A stretch of 40,778 nucleotides of DNA from a virus (IMGVR_UViG_3300032288_000672:1-40778); one strand, 5' to 3'; shown: positions 26,574 to 36,552, numbered from the stretch's first letter. Numbers and translations are program-made. The notes: generated by a model from the sequence alone, not told the origin.

Positions 26574-26859
26574 TCGCCTTCACCTTCAAAATTGGAGTAG
26601 GAGTATCTTTATACTTGTCTTCCCATTCCTTTTCTTTGGTAGGCTGGCTATGGTCAATCCAGTACTTCAGATGGTCAAGGGCAGACTTGCGAGAAGTAAA
26701 GGAACCAGACAATTCAGCGGGTACTGGTGTATTGGTTCCTTCGTATCGGATCTTAAACATTGAAAACCCATCATCGGGTCTGTAAATCTGTAAGGGATTA
26801 ATTCTCTTATCAGTCTTGATGGTCAGGGTCAAACCATCTTCACTTTCACTTACGTCCAT
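26542..26859 (-). CDS. Hypothetical protein
   Basis: AAGGA RBS; VPAELSGSFTS motif; between tail genes. Confidence 0.7.
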   Translation of the reverse strand: MDVSESEDGLTLTIKTDKRINPLQIYRPDDGFSMFKIRYEGTNTPVPAELSGSFTSRKSALDHLKYWIDHSQPTKEKEWEDKYKDTPTPILKVKANAAKIQSEGN

Positions 26860-27598
26860 AATCATTCCTTATATTCGGTTGCTTTACTTTCCAACGGTCA
26901 TTGCGAAGGAAGTATCTTTGCTTTCTGGCAAACTGTTCCACCTTGGCATCGGGTCCACCCTTGAACATGGAGAAACATCTGCTCTTACATTCAGCGATAT
27001 AGTAGGGAAAGATAGTGTCATCCAAATCAGGGACGGCACTATCTGACACTGTAAACGAGGGGTACTTGGTTCCGATTACCAGAGTTTTTGAAGTCTGGAG
27101 AGAACTATCCACAGTAACCTTGTAAGAGTCAAAGCAAACATACCTGTCATCTAGCAAGGTGTAGTAGCTTGGCATAGCATCATTTACAATCGGAAGCTGA
27201 ATACCAGAAGTCGGATCAGCAATTAGGACTACGTTGGATGCAGAGGAATCCCTTTCAACAACCTTCGCCACAAATTCATCAGGTGCAACGTAGGGAATAA
27301 GTTTATACTCAACTTCTCCAATCGTCTCACTGACATTATAGCGCACCTCCTGAATGTTGGTTAACGCATTGGCATCCATAAAGTTTGGATAGGCAGCATT
27401 ACTAAGACCTGTCAGAGTAAGAATTTCTTTATGCTCTGGAAGGTCAAGAGTACTGATGATATCAAAGTAAACAGACTGACACACTTGGGCAATTTGTTCA
27501 GACTCAACCGTATCGGATATGGAGTTAACCTTATCCGAATCCATATCGTTCATAATATCCTGAACAATTTCTAGCAGTGTCTTTTTAATCGTTGCCAT
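26846..27598 (-). CDS. Tail adaptor / tail tubular protein A (gp11-like)
   Basis: TLLEIVQDIMNDMDSD.VNSI.DT.ES N-terminus; position. Confidence 0.75.
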   Translation of the reverse strand: MATIKKTLLEIVQDIMNDMDSDKVNSISDTVESEQIAQVCQSVYFDIISTLDLPEHKEILTLTGLSNAAYPNFMDANALTNIQEVRYNVSETIGEVEYKLIPYVAPDEFVAKVVERDSSASNVVLIADPTSGIQLPIVNDAMPSYYTLLDDRYVCFDSYKVTVDSSLQTSKTLVIGTKYPSFTVSDSAVPDLDDTIFPYYIAECKSRCFSMFKGGPDAKVEQFARKQRYFLRNDRWKVKQPNIRNDYGRK

Positions 27599-28218
27599 TA
27601 TCTAGCCTTATGTACTCTGGCCGTGACCAGACCAATATCAATGATGTTTGCAGTACCTGTATTTGTGGCAAGGTAAATTTTTGCCCCATGTGCAACCATA
27701 TTAGAAGTGACAGGAAACAAAGCTGTTTCAGTAATAACCTGTCCAGCACCCTTAATCAAGGAAACTGTGGTTTCACCAAGAATAGTACCATATGTTGTTC
27801 CATCTGAAGAACCATATAATTTTAGGTCCAAAGAGGCAGGAGAGCCAGAAACAGAATAAATCTTGAATGTTATAGTAATTGAATGAAGATCACCATTTGT
27901 CACAAACTGAAGCTTTTCGGTAGACAAATCCATCAAAGAGGACGTTGTACCAGACAGGGAAATTGGAATCTGTGTGATAGTGTCATCAGTTGTAAAGGGA
28001 AGAAGAACTTCAGTAGTAGAAACAGCAAAAGTCGTTGTACCAGTATACGTGGTATTTGTATACTTACCCCAACCTGTACCCGGAAACCTGTTAGCATTTG
28101 TCCAAGTACCAGAACCAGAACCATTAGATCTGTAAAGCTGGTCTGCCGCAGCGGTAGAGATACCCTTCGGTTCATGCAAATTGGGATCTGTCAGGGTAGA
28201 GTGTTGCACATTTGCCAT
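27598..28218 (-). CDS. Virion structural protein (fibre/decoration-like)
   Basis: HSTLTDPNLHEPKG...G.GSGTW N-terminus, Thr/Ser/Gly-rich. Confidence 0.6.
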   Translation of the reverse strand: MANVQHSTLTDPNLHEPKGISTAAADQLYRSNGSGSGTWTNANRFPGTGWGKYTNTTYTGTTTFAVSTTEVLLPFTTDDTITQIPISLSGTTSSLMDLSTEKLQFVTNGDLHSITITFKIYSVSGSPASLDLKLYGSSDGTTYGTILGETTVSLIKGAGQVITETALFPVTSNMVAHGAKIYLATNTGTANIIDIGLVTARVHKAR

Positions 28219-28256
28219 GAGTATATCCTATATAATCCGGGACAACCATTAGTAGT

Positions 28257-28284
28257 ATTATACTATAAAACCGTAGATTGTCAA
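28257..28284 (-). promoter_or_regulatory. Perfect consensus internal promoter TTGACA-N16-TATAAT for tail genes
   Basis: Reverse complement reads TTGACA ATCTACGGTTTTATAG TATAAT. Confidence 0.8.
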
Positions 28285-28310
28285 GGGGGAACCCGAAGAT
28301 CCCCCCTCAA
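28281..28310 (-). terminator. cUUCGg stem-loop after capsid genes (terminator or mRNA 3' stabiliser)
   Basis: TTGAGGGGGGATC-TTCG-GGTTCCCCCTTGA, 13-bp stem with G-U pairs; no immediate U-tract. Confidence 0.6.
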
Positions 28311-28318
28311 CAGTCGTA

Positions 28319-28795
28319 TTAGACTTCGATGTATTCGATGACCAGCTTACCAGCACCAGCGGTGAAAGCATCACCACCAGATGTCGGTGTGGTGTAGACA
28401 TAGCCATTGGCAGAACCAATGGAAGCTGTACCACCAGCCAAGGCACCATCGCAACGAACCACCTTGGCAGCACCAAGAGCAGCAAGAGCGATAGAAGCAT
28501 CAATGCCATCAGCATCAATCACCGTACCATCCTTCTGGGCCAGACCAATAGTCAGAGTAGCCGTACCAGCAGAGGTAGCAGCAGTCGTGACAATCAGGTA
28601 AGCACCCACGATGTACGAACCAGCAGGAATAAAGGCTTCGTGACCATCAGCAGCAGCCGTAATAGCTGTACCGAAGGTAAAGTCCAACACAAGGTTCTTC
28701 ACAGCACCAAGTGTAGAAACGCCAGCACCCGTCTGACCAGCCTCGGGACCGTCAAAACGGACCTCAAGGCCATCACTATTTGTCCAATCAGCCAT
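28319..28795 (-). CDS. Putative capsid decoration / minor capsid protein
   Basis: Directly after MCP, AGGAG RBS, Ala/Gly/Thr-rich beta protein. Confidence 0.65.
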   Translation of the reverse strand: MADWTNSDGLEVRFDGPEAGQTGAGVSTLGAVKNLVLDFTFGTAITAAADGHEAFIPAGSYIVGAYLIVTTAATSAGTATLTIGLAQKDGTVIDADGIDASIALAALGAAKVVRCDGALAGGTASIGSANGYVYTTPTSGGDAFTAGAGKLVIEYIEV

Positions 28796-28818
28796 AGTTT
28801 ATTCTCCTTTTTCTAAGA

Positions 28819-29760
28819 TTAAACAGACGGATTCGACAGAACCACAACGAGGTTCTCCGGGCGATAGAGCTTGACGCCATAACGGGCAGTCGTCACGAAC
28901 TCTGTACGCTGGAAGTCCTTGTTGTACTCAGTGTCAACTTCAGGCATCTGTCTCCATGCACCGATAAACGGTGTCACAGTCGGATCAGCCGAGAAGAACA
29001 GGTTGGCCTTATAACCAGCACAATCCTGTGTTTCAAGGGTTTCCGCAGAGATTGTGGCAACACGCTGAGAGGTGTACACATCGAAACCGTACACGTTACG
29101 AACGAAACGCATACCAGTGGCAATACCGCTGGACACGATACCTTCAAACATCGGGTTATTCGACACGTTCGAGATATTCGAGATTGTCTCAATGGTGTAA
29201 GCCACGGACGGGTCAACGATAGCCACACGATTGTTGGCAGACACGTTGGCCTTGTTCAGTGACAGATTTGCACGAGCAAAGTCATCAACCTTGATCACAT
29301 CAGATGTGCCAGTGGCAACAAAACGATGCTTCTCACCATTGATAAGGTTTGTGTTACCAGCAGTCTGACCCGACTGGAGGCCAAGGATAGACTCCTCAAC
29401 ATGCTCCATAATCGCGCGCTCCTGCTTGGGAACGAAGGACGAGATGAGTTCGTTCATGTAGAACACATCCTGCTCAGCCTTCTTCGTCACGTAAGTACCA
29501 GACGAGAGGTACTCAGTGATCTGGAAGGTGAACTGCCCAGTGTCAAGAGGACGGTACTTGACCGCTTCATCTTCACTGTAGTCATCCACATACGCCTGAC
29601 CAATGGACGGGATCTTGAAAGTATCGCCATCGGGGAACTCAGAGAGCCAACGGACGTACTTCGTAGCCATCAATTCGTCTTCAAGAATCTCCTTAAGCTC
29701 ACGCGACCAAACCTCTGCGCGAGTCAGGAGAGACAGATTACCAGTTGTCATACCAGCCAT
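28819..29760 (-). CDS. Major capsid protein
   Basis: 313 aa after scaffold; RAEVWS.EL, GDTFKIPSIG, YGFDVY.S, YGVKLYRPEN; strong AGGAG RBS. Confidence 0.88.
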   Translation of the reverse strand: MAGMTTGNLSLLTRAEVWSRELKEILEDELMATKYVRWLSEFPDGDTFKIPSIGQAYVDDYSEDEAVKYRPLDTGQFTFQITEYLSSGTYVTKKAEQDVFYMNELISSFVPKQERAIMEHVEESILGLQSGQTAGNTNLINGEKHRFVATGTSDVIKVDDFARANLSLNKANVSANNRVAIVDPSVAYTIETISNISNVSNNPMFEGIVSSGIATGMRFVRNVYGFDVYTSQRVATISAETLETQDCAGYKANLFFSADPTVTPFIGAWRQMPEVDTEYNKDFQRTEFVTTARYGVKLYRPENLVVVLSNPSV

Positions 29761-29774
29761 TTTTATCTCCTATG

Positions 29775-30530
29775 TTAGCTGTAGAACTTATCACCAAGTC
29801 TCAGACGATCATCCATCAACATACGCTGTACCTTGGGGGAATAATAGAGAGACTTGTTTTCCTTACGCATCTTCTGATAATACTGGAATGTACGTTCAGA
29901 AGTGTTTGATGTAAGACTATCCTGTCGCACAGAACCCTGCATGACTACCTTCTCAGGAGTCTTCTTAGCAGAACCTGTGACAAGCTGAAGGAAAGCAGTG
30001 GGGCTTTCAGCAGCAATTTCTTTAAGGCGTTCCACAGAAATACCAAGTTCCTGTGATCTGACCTTTACCACCTCACCAGCCTTTTCACCATATTGAGAAA
30101 CCATGGCCTCATTAGCTGCGGCAATGTTTTGCTCAAAGGTTCTGGCTTTTTCCTTCTTAGTGATAGCCTGTTCTACAAGGGCTTCAATATCAACCTCGCG
30201 GTTCTGAGTGGTGTCCTCAGTAGCAGAGTTTCTGGTTTGTGTGGAATCTTCAGTTTTGGCTGTACCAGATTCAGCCCCCTTGCTCTGAAGTTGTTCCAGA
30301 AGTGTCTTTGCGTAGTCTTGCTTGGCAACCTCTTCTCTGAGTTCATTCAGAGTTTTAGTGATGTCAGCAATGTGACGATCAGCTTCAAGCTTACCTTTGG
30401 CAAGAGATTCTACATCTCTGAACTTCTTTCCATCACCCACCAACTGATCAACAAACGAAGAGGGTGTCTCAGCATTTGTACTCTCAGTTGCCGTATTATC
30501 CGTGGTCGCGGAATCAAAAACATTACTCAT
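29775..30530 (-). CDS. Capsid scaffolding protein
   Basis: Acidic coiled-coil, LVGDGKKF...LAKGK..AD.HI; between portal and MCP. Confidence 0.75.
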   Translation of the reverse strand: MSNVFDSATTDNTATESTNAETPSSFVDQLVGDGKKFRDVESLAKGKLEADRHIADITKTLNELREEVAKQDYAKTLLEQLQSKGAESGTAKTEDSTQTRNSATEDTTQNREVDIEALVEQAITKKEKARTFEQNIAAANEAMVSQYGEKAGEVVKVRSQELGISVERLKEIAAESPTAFLQLVTGSAKKTPEKVVMQGSVRQDSLTSNTSERTFQYYQKMRKENKSLYYSPKVQRMLMDDRLRLGDKFYS

Positions 30531-30532
30531 TG

Positions 30533-30769
30533 TCAATCCTTCATGTTGATAAGGTTAATTACCTCGGTCAAGGCTCTATCGTAACCATTTCTGTCTGCTT
30601 GTTTATAAGCCCATGAAGGGTTATCGTAGTCAGTGGATAGAACCACCTCGGTCTTCTTCTCCTGCAAAATCTGTTTCAGTCTTTCCAATACATCTCTTGC
30701 AGAACGTACTTGTTTTTTGAAATCTTCCTGTTGGTCTTTGGGAAGATGGTTAACCCATGTAATTTTCAT
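30533..30769 (-). CDS. Hypothetical protein
   Basis: DYDNPSWAYKQAD.NGY; TAATG coupling to portal. Confidence 0.75.
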   Translation of the reverse strand: MKITWVNHLPKDQQEDFKKQVRSARDVLERLKQILQEKKTEVVLSTDYDNPSWAYKQADRNGYDRALTEVINLINMKD

Positions 30770-32520
30770 TAAACCCCATTTTCAAGAGCAATCTGATTTC
30801 TCTCTTCTGTGACAAGTTGTGCTTCTCTGGCAAATTCTTGTGTCTCCAAAGTCTCAACAACTGCAACATTTTCAGAGAACAGTTCAGATTCATTAAGTTC
30901 TTCTGCCATGATCTTGGCAAATGTTTTACCAGAAAGATGAGAGCCAACAGATGGATCATTAGATTTAAGCATCCAAAGCTGCTGAAGGTTCTGCACACGC
31001 TGCGCTCTTTCAGCAAAGTGTCTGGCACCCATCGGAACAATCTTACCCTTGGCTGTGATATCTTCTTTAGTAATCTGCTGGAAGATTTCAATACCAAGCT
31101 TTTCATTAGAAATTCTGATAATGTCAAAGGCATCCATATTTCTTCTGGCTGCTTCGAGCATTGAGTTAAGAATAGGTTCAACAAAGACTTTTTCAAAGTG
31201 CTGTGTTTTATTCTGGAAGATACGTCCAGCAGCATTTTGTAAAGCGTTAACTTCAAATGCTGTCTTCTCACCCGGAGTTCTGATACCCATGGCTTGCTTA
31301 GGAGCACCAGCCATTTCTTCCATAACTGCCATAATGTTGGCAATCTGGTTATCAGCATTTAGTGCTGTGGCATCTGGGGCAAGGTAGCCCACATCACCTT
31401 CATCACCAAGGTAGATACGAGAACCGGGTTCAAAGTCAAAGTCTTCAACATCACCTTTGATCTTCAGGATTGGGAAAGCAATCTGATCAAATACGTCAGC
31501 CTTCAGATTTTCCAGATGGTCGATGCGATATTGCATACCAACCAGATTATCCAACGGACCCATAGCATAAAGATTATCAGGACGCTCACGCCAACCAACA
31601 TGGAATATTGGTGATGTGCCTAACCATGAAGGATTAGGAATATTACGAATAACATATGATCTATCAACAACTGTGATGATACGATTCAGATGAAGCTCAT
31701 CATTATACTTGTCGTAAATATCACCGTAGAATGTCAGAAGTTCTACATAGTCTGATGAGTAGTATTCACGGATGGTTCCGAAACCATCAACCATGAAACC
31801 ATCATTCTTATGCAGATCAGAATCAGAGTAGTTAGAAACAGCTTGTCTGGAGCCACGCATCTTCTCAAAGACATCAGCCATATACGAATTGGAAGGGTCT
31901 TCTTGAATCATGCGCTTGACTTCACCCAAAGTCAGGATAGACCTGATAATCTTCGGAGTAGACTTAAAATCAGCAGCAACAGGGTTGAATACAATATCGA
32001 ACGGAGAAACTCTGACAACTTTTGGTCCTATGTATCCGGCAATAATTTCTTCTGTTTCAGTATCTTTAATGTACTCTTTTGAAAAATCAACAGTGGCAAA
32101 GCAGTTACCATAATCAATATAGTCAAGAACAAGTTTAGACATAGTAACTTCAAAGTTAGACTGACGAATCTTATTTGTCATATAACCTTGAATAGCGTCT
32201 TTCTTTGCCTTAGTGTTAGACTCTCTTGTATCAGCAGTCCAACGCATCCAGTTGTTCTGTGGGAACAGAGATGCCATGTAGTTTGCATGGAGGTTGTCTC
32301 TGATCTGAGTAAGCTTAGGAACTGTGGTGGAGTTCTTCCATGGCAGAGTTGAATTAGATGTGCCACGTGTATCTGTGGCAAAAAGGTAATTACGAAGTTC
32401 TCTCCACTCATCAATCTTTGGCTGACGTTGTTGATTCCACAAACGCCATTTATCAGAAATCTCTGTGGCGAGATTATCTGGAGAAAGAATCAGCTTCAGA
32501 TCAATAGTTGTACCAGCCAT
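30769..32520 (-). CDS. Portal protein
   Basis: 583 aa after TerL; LPWKNSTT.PKL.QIRDNL, GPLDNLVGMQYRIDHLEN, RTPGEKTAFEV. Confidence 0.88.
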   Translation of the reverse strand: MAGTTIDLKLILSPDNLATEISDKWRLWNQQRQPKIDEWRELRNYLFATDTRGTSNSTLPWKNSTTVPKLTQIRDNLHANYMASLFPQNNWMRWTADTRESNTKAKKDAIQGYMTNKIRQSNFEVTMSKLVLDYIDYGNCFATVDFSKEYIKDTETEEIIAGYIGPKVVRVSPFDIVFNPVAADFKSTPKIIRSILTLGEVKRMIQEDPSNSYMADVFEKMRGSRQAVSNYSDSDLHKNDGFMVDGFGTIREYYSSDYVELLTFYGDIYDKYNDELHLNRIITVVDRSYVIRNIPNPSWLGTSPIFHVGWRERPDNLYAMGPLDNLVGMQYRIDHLENLKADVFDQIAFPILKIKGDVEDFDFEPGSRIYLGDEGDVGYLAPDATALNADNQIANIMAVMEEMAGAPKQAMGIRTPGEKTAFEVNALQNAAGRIFQNKTQHFEKVFVEPILNSMLEAARRNMDAFDIIRISNEKLGIEIFQQITKEDITAKGKIVPMGARHFAERAQRVQNLQQLWMLKSNDPSVGSHLSGKTFAKIMAEELNESELFSENVAVVETLETQEFAREAQLVTEERNQIALENGV

Positions 32521-32529
32521 TATGTTTCC

Positions 32530-34068
32530 TTAAAAGCTTACACCACCAAAGCGGCTATGATATATCACGTTATTAGACTTTTTTATCTGACTGTTAGAAG
32601 ATGGTTTAACTGCTATTTCCACACATGCTGCAAGAGCATCTTTGATATCATCATGTGGAGGATTATTAGTTACAAGTTCCTCTTCCAAAATCTGACAATT
32701 ACCACCCCTGTAATGATAAATGGAAAGATTATCATATCTAGGTTCAAGGACAGCAGCAATACGTTCTTCTTTAGTACCTTGGTGTCTGGTTGGTCTAAAC
32801 TCTTCAACCTTCAACATCAGACCATTTGGCTTGATGTAAGACTCTTTAAGTTCTTTTACGATAGCAGCTTGGGCAGCAGTTACTTCAGCCCTAAGTTTTC
32901 TGAAATCCCACTTATTCAGCATTTCCAAAATATGGGCAAAGTATTCAGAAATCTTGTCAGTCTTAAATCTGTCAATGTCTAGAATGTATACGTTATTCTC
33001 AAAGTCTACACCTACCACCACAATTGCTGTATAGTCAGCTTTCTTTCTTACGGAGTAGGCAAAGTCAATGGCAGCAAAGACATTTAGCTTTCTGTCTCTA
33101 TAATACCACACACCATGGGTATTTGTCAAGTGTTCTTTTGCATAGTATTGAAATTTATCATAATCTACTGGTCTACTGTCTGGATCAGTAGGATCATTAT
33201 AATACTGAGCCCTGAACTGTGTCTTGTCCAGATACTGAGCCCTTTTCTTAGCCAGAACCTGTCTGTCAAAGCCAAAGAATTTACCATCTGGTCTGCGTTG
33301 TCTGGGCCACAGGAACTCACCTGTACCATCCCCTACGTCTTCCACAGCCCTTTCAAATATCTCATAGATAGGTTCAGAACCAATGATATCTCCATCATCG
33401 CCGTAGATATCCTCTGCCATTTCCAGAAGTTCAGAGTACAAATCCTTGGGATGGTATCTGGTTCCTACAACCCATTCTTTGGCGTTTGCCCCTTCGATGG
33501 AGGATAGGAGCGAGTATTGGCTTTTGACCTTTTCGCGCCCTTCACCTGTGTAGGCATTTTCGTAGACAACGATATCGTCCAATACAGCGATATCACAATG
33601 TAGGCCAGTAAGAGAAGTAGTAAGACCTCCGGTGAAAATCGTTGGGTCACGAACACCCTCCTGTTTTCTGCTGGGATGATCCACAGCAATTTCACTCATT
33701 GTCCACTTCTCACGCTTACCTTCATCATCGTGCACCATATCGGGCCAATAACGCTTGTATACAGGTGACGTAAGAATATTCTTGATAAATGAAAGCTGCT
33801 TCTGGGCAAGGTTAGCTGTGGCAGAGATATAAAGAATCCTGAGTGTAGGGTCTTTGGTAATATACCATGCCACACGATAAGCAACCATGGCAGACTTCAT
33901 ATGATCTCTGGGGAGAAGAACAAGCTGGTGTGATTTAGAATCTTCTCTTTCCCACCATAGGCAAAGTTCTTCATGTACTGCACCAAGCATACGGCCCGGA
34001 GATACAAGTCTGATAAATGTGGCAAGGTCAGATTCTGCTGCCTCGCGTATTTCTTCAATTGTTGCCAT
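32530..34068 (-). CDS. terL: Terminase large subunit
   Basis: Walker A-like PRDHMKS, Walker B IAVLDD, GTRYH, nuclease AIDFA and HDDIKDALA. Confidence 0.93.
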   Translation of the reverse strand: MATIEEIREAAESDLATFIRLVSPGRMLGAVHEELCLWWEREDSKSHQLVLLPRDHMKSAMVAYRVAWYITKDPTLRILYISATANLAQKQLSFIKNILTSPVYKRYWPDMVHDDEGKREKWTMSEIAVDHPSRKQEGVRDPTIFTGGLTTSLTGLHCDIAVLDDIVVYENAYTGEGREKVKSQYSLLSSIEGANAKEWVVGTRYHPKDLYSELLEMAEDIYGDDGDIIGSEPIYEIFERAVEDVGDGTGEFLWPRQRRPDGKFFGFDRQVLAKKRAQYLDKTQFRAQYYNDPTDPDSRPVDYDKFQYYAKEHLTNTHGVWYYRDRKLNVFAAIDFAYSVRKKADYTAIVVVGVDFENNVYILDIDRFKTDKISEYFAHILEMLNKWDFRKLRAEVTAAQAAIVKELKESYIKPNGLMLKVEEFRPTRHQGTKEERIAAVLEPRYDNLSIYHYRGGNCQILEEELVTNNPPHDDIKDALAACVEIAVKPSSNSQIKKSNNVIYHSRFGGVSF

Positions 34069-34568
34069 TAGTTAAGATTCAGACCAATGCGTTCAGCATC
34101 GTCAAGGAACACTTTATTAGCTTCAGCTTCTTGTTTAAGAGCAGCTTTGATCTCGTCCTTGCTAGGTCTTCCTCTCTTGCTTCCCTTTTCCAAATACTGG
34201 TTATCAGCCAAATACTTCATGGCTTGGAAGCTGAGATTTTCATCAGTAGTGGCTGCATGAATAATAGACTTCATGCCCTTGGCCTTGAGCTTCAGGTTCA
34301 GTTCCTTACGCCATTGGTCAATGTGTTCTTTGAACCATGGAGACTTGCACAGTGTCTCCCAATGTACAAATGAACCTAGGGTGGCAAGGGCAAAGTTATA
34401 CTCTGTCACATCTTCCATCTCAAGGTAGATCCTCTTCATCGAACGGTAGGTCTTACCGTCATTTGCCAGATGATCCTTTTCCTTCAGAGTCCACTCAGGC
34501 TCCATTTCAATTCTGTATTCAGGCAGTGTAGTCTCGAAGAAGAGTGCCTTGGTCTGCAATCTTGCCAT
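34068..34568 (-). CDS. Putative terminase small subunit
   Basis: Immediately upstream of and coupled to TerL; KRGRPSK motif. Confidence 0.6.
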   Translation of the reverse strand: MARLQTKALFFETTLPEYRIEMEPEWTLKEKDHLANDGKTYRSMKRIYLEMEDVTEYNFALATLGSFVHWETLCKSPWFKEHIDQWRKELNLKLKAKGMKSIIHAATTDENLSFQAMKYLADNQYLEKGSKRGRPSKDEIKAALKQEAEANKVFLDDAERIGLNLN

Positions 34569-34708
34569 CAGTATTTTCCTCTGTTTCCACGGTCTGCGGA
34601 TTTTGGTCCAAGTTTCTTTTGTCCACGTAGATGCTTTGGTTTAGTCCTGCGTCTGTTTTTGGTTTTAAGAAACTTAACAGCTTCTTTGTCAAACTTAACT
34701 TTTGCCAT
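34568..34708 (-). CDS. 46-aa basic protein (below ORF-track cutoff)
   Basis: MAKVKFDKEAVKFLKTKNRRRTKPKHLRGQKKLGPKSADRGNRGKY; TGATG coupling on both sides. Confidence 0.65.
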   Translation of the reverse strand: MAKVKFDKEAVKFLKTKNRRRTKPKHLRGQKKLGPKSADRGNRGKY

Positions 34709-35193
34709 CAGGCTTCATTCCTAGAAAATAACCCAGTAATCTTTTTAATCAACTTTTGTGGCGTGGAAGGAAGAGGAACATCCTTGGGCCATCTGGCACC
34801 AAGGAATCTGTCTTTACTTACACGGGCTGTGTTAACCATATCAGACTGATTCCCACCAAGAATGTTGTAAGCCACAGAATCTTCAGAATCATAGAAGCCC
34901 ACATGACCACCACCTTCTCTGCCAAACACCATCACAGCACCATACTGAGGTTCACACGGTACACCCCAGTTCAACCACTCACGCGCTGACAGGCTCTTCT
35001 GAGAGAACGGCAACCCAGCTTTGTGAATGCAGTGAGCCACAAACAGGCCACACCACGGAATCTCGTCCTTGGTATAGAATTGACCTATCCACCCACCCAG
35101 ATCTTTGGCCCATCCAACGATCACAGGATTGTTTACAGAGCCGGGGGCTTCCTTTGTACCTTTCAGGGAATTGGCAACAGTCATCCATTGCAT
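34708..35193 (-). CDS. Endolysin, TIGR02594 / CHAP-NlpC/P60-like cysteine peptidase
   Basis: DEIPWCGLFV, SAREW..WG, GGGHVGFY, LGGNQSD.V. Confidence 0.85.
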   Translation of the reverse strand: MQWMTVANSLKGTKEAPGSVNNPVIVGWAKDLGGWIGQFYTKDEIPWCGLFVAHCIHKAGLPFSQKSLSAREWLNWGVPCEPQYGAVMVFGREGGGHVGFYDSEDSVAYNILGGNQSDMVNTARVSKDRFLGARWPKDVPLPSTPQKLIKKITGLFSRNEA

Positions 35194-35194
35194 C

Positions 35195-35404
35195 TTAAAA
35201 CTTCCACGAAATAAACTTGGCGAGTATGGCTCCGAGGGTGGCGCAGGCAGAACCAACCATCATCAGCATCATAATGCTGCCATGTGCTTTATCCAGCTTT
35301 TGTCGAATAGCCTTAATGTCTGACTTCAGTTCAACCATGTCAGCTTCAAGACGTTCTACTTGTACTTCCAATCTGGCCACCGCTGTATCCAACTCGCTAG
35401 ACAT
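35195..35404 (-). CDS. Coiled-coil plus C-terminal TM protein (XhlA/holin-like)
   Basis: VARLEVQVERLEADMVELKSDIK followed by a hydrophobic helix. Confidence 0.65.
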   Translation of the reverse strand: MSSELDTAVARLEVQVERLEADMVELKSDIKAIRQKLDKAHGSIMMLMMVGSACATLGAILAKFISWKF

Positions 35405-35405
35405 T

Positions 35406-35597
35406 TCATGCCTCTTTGGCAGGAACAAGGGGTTCGCATGTACCACCCCAGATCTTGATTTCTCCAGATTCCATCATCGGCTTCATCACCTTACTTACTT
35501 CTTCTTTGGAAGGACATTCAGGAACAATGGTATGCTTGATCTGCATTTCACCTGTGGAAAGGACGATGGCGATAATAAAAAGGTACATAGGTGTCAT
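35406..35597 (-). CDS. Small membrane/secreted protein in lysis cluster
   Basis: N-terminal hydrophobic stretch YLFIIAIVL, two Cys; ATGA coupling. Confidence 0.6.
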   Translation of the reverse strand: MTPMYLFIIAIVLSTGEMQIKHTIVPECPSKEEVSKVMKPMMESGEIKIWGGTCEPLVPAKEA

Positions 35598-35992
35598 TTG
35601 GATTTTCCCTTCCATTTGTCAAAGGATCTTAAGGCACCCATACCCAACATACCAAAGGTAAGTTCCATCAGGATGTCATTGTTAATAACTGGCAGAGGTG
35701 TGGTTACACCCAGAAGAGTGAAAAGCCATGTGAACAGGGGAAGACCTACAAAGGTCCATCCAAAACCAACAGCACAGGCCCAGCCAATTGCAGGACGCCA
35801 TCCAGCCACGAACAGGCTTTGATGACCAGCTTCTGCTTTATTGATTTCAGCCTGACCTTTGGATTCTTCCACAAGAGCCGCCAGAAGACTGGCTCTCATC
35901 TCCAACTCTGCCTTTTCCTTTGCAGCAGGATCAGGAATACGGTCAATAAGCTTGGTGCCAATGTTAAGTGCTGTGCTAATCCAATCCATCAT
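35594..35992 (-). CDS. Holin (3TM, GTA-type family)
   Basis: LIDRIPDP, INKAEA.H.SLFVAGWRPAIGW, GMLGMGALRSFDK. Confidence 0.85.
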   Translation of the reverse strand: MMDWISTALNIGTKLIDRIPDPAAKEKAELEMRASLLAALVEESKGQAEINKAEAGHQSLFVAGWRPAIGWACAVGFGWTFVGLPLFTWLFTLLGVTTPLPVINNDILMELTFGMLGMGALRSFDKWKGKSK

Positions 35993-36552
35993 ACCACCAC
36001 ATGAACTCTTCTGACATTCTTTCTATAGTTGAAGAAAGCATCTTTACCCATCAACTTAATATCATTTTGTGCAGCGGTAAGCTGTACCATATCTGTCTGA
36101 GCAAGATCTGCTTGGAATACTCTTTCATTCGCAGTATATGAAGTCTTTAGAATACTGTGCTTTTTAAGTAGAGCATTCTGACCAGTCACCGGATAGAATG
36201 CAGGGGCAAATAGATCAGTATGTGTTTGACGAAGTGAGGCTGCTTGCCCTGTCAGTGTATAAGTTCCAGCAGAAACACTAAAGTTCTTATTATAGACAAA
36301 GGTAACAGGCTGACCTGTCAGGGTAAAGGAACCAGAACCAGCAGACAAGGTGTAACTTCTGACCAGAGAAGCCGTCTGTCCTTGTAGGGTGTAAGATCCA
36401 GCCAGAGGGTCTATTCTGTTTCCTGACAGGAAGGTAACATCCTGTCCTGTAAGTGTATAAGAACCAGCATCAGCAGTCAGTGTTGTTACAACTGGACCTG
36501 TCTGAAAAGAGTTAGTCTGAAAAGCATATGGTTGAAATGCTGAATCAGTCAT
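35989..36552 (-). CDS. Structural protein with 22-aa AGSYTLTGQ repeats
   Basis: Five imperfect repeats; AFQxxAFQ N-terminus. Confidence 0.6.
   Translation of the reverse strand: MTDSAFQPYAFQTNSFQTGPVVTTLTADAGSYTLTGQDVTFLSGNRIDPLAGSYTLQGQTASLVRSYTLSAGSGSFTLTGQPVTFVYNKNFSVSAGTYTLTGQAASLRQTHTDLFAPAFYPVTGQNALLKKHSILKTSYTANERVFQADLAQTDMVQLTAAQNDIKLMGKDAFFNYRKNVRRVHVVV

Noticed and set aside
30750-31358. 202-aa same-strand alternative-frame ORF inside portal
   Set aside because: No clear RBS or motif; Leu/Lys-rich composition typical of a shifted frame
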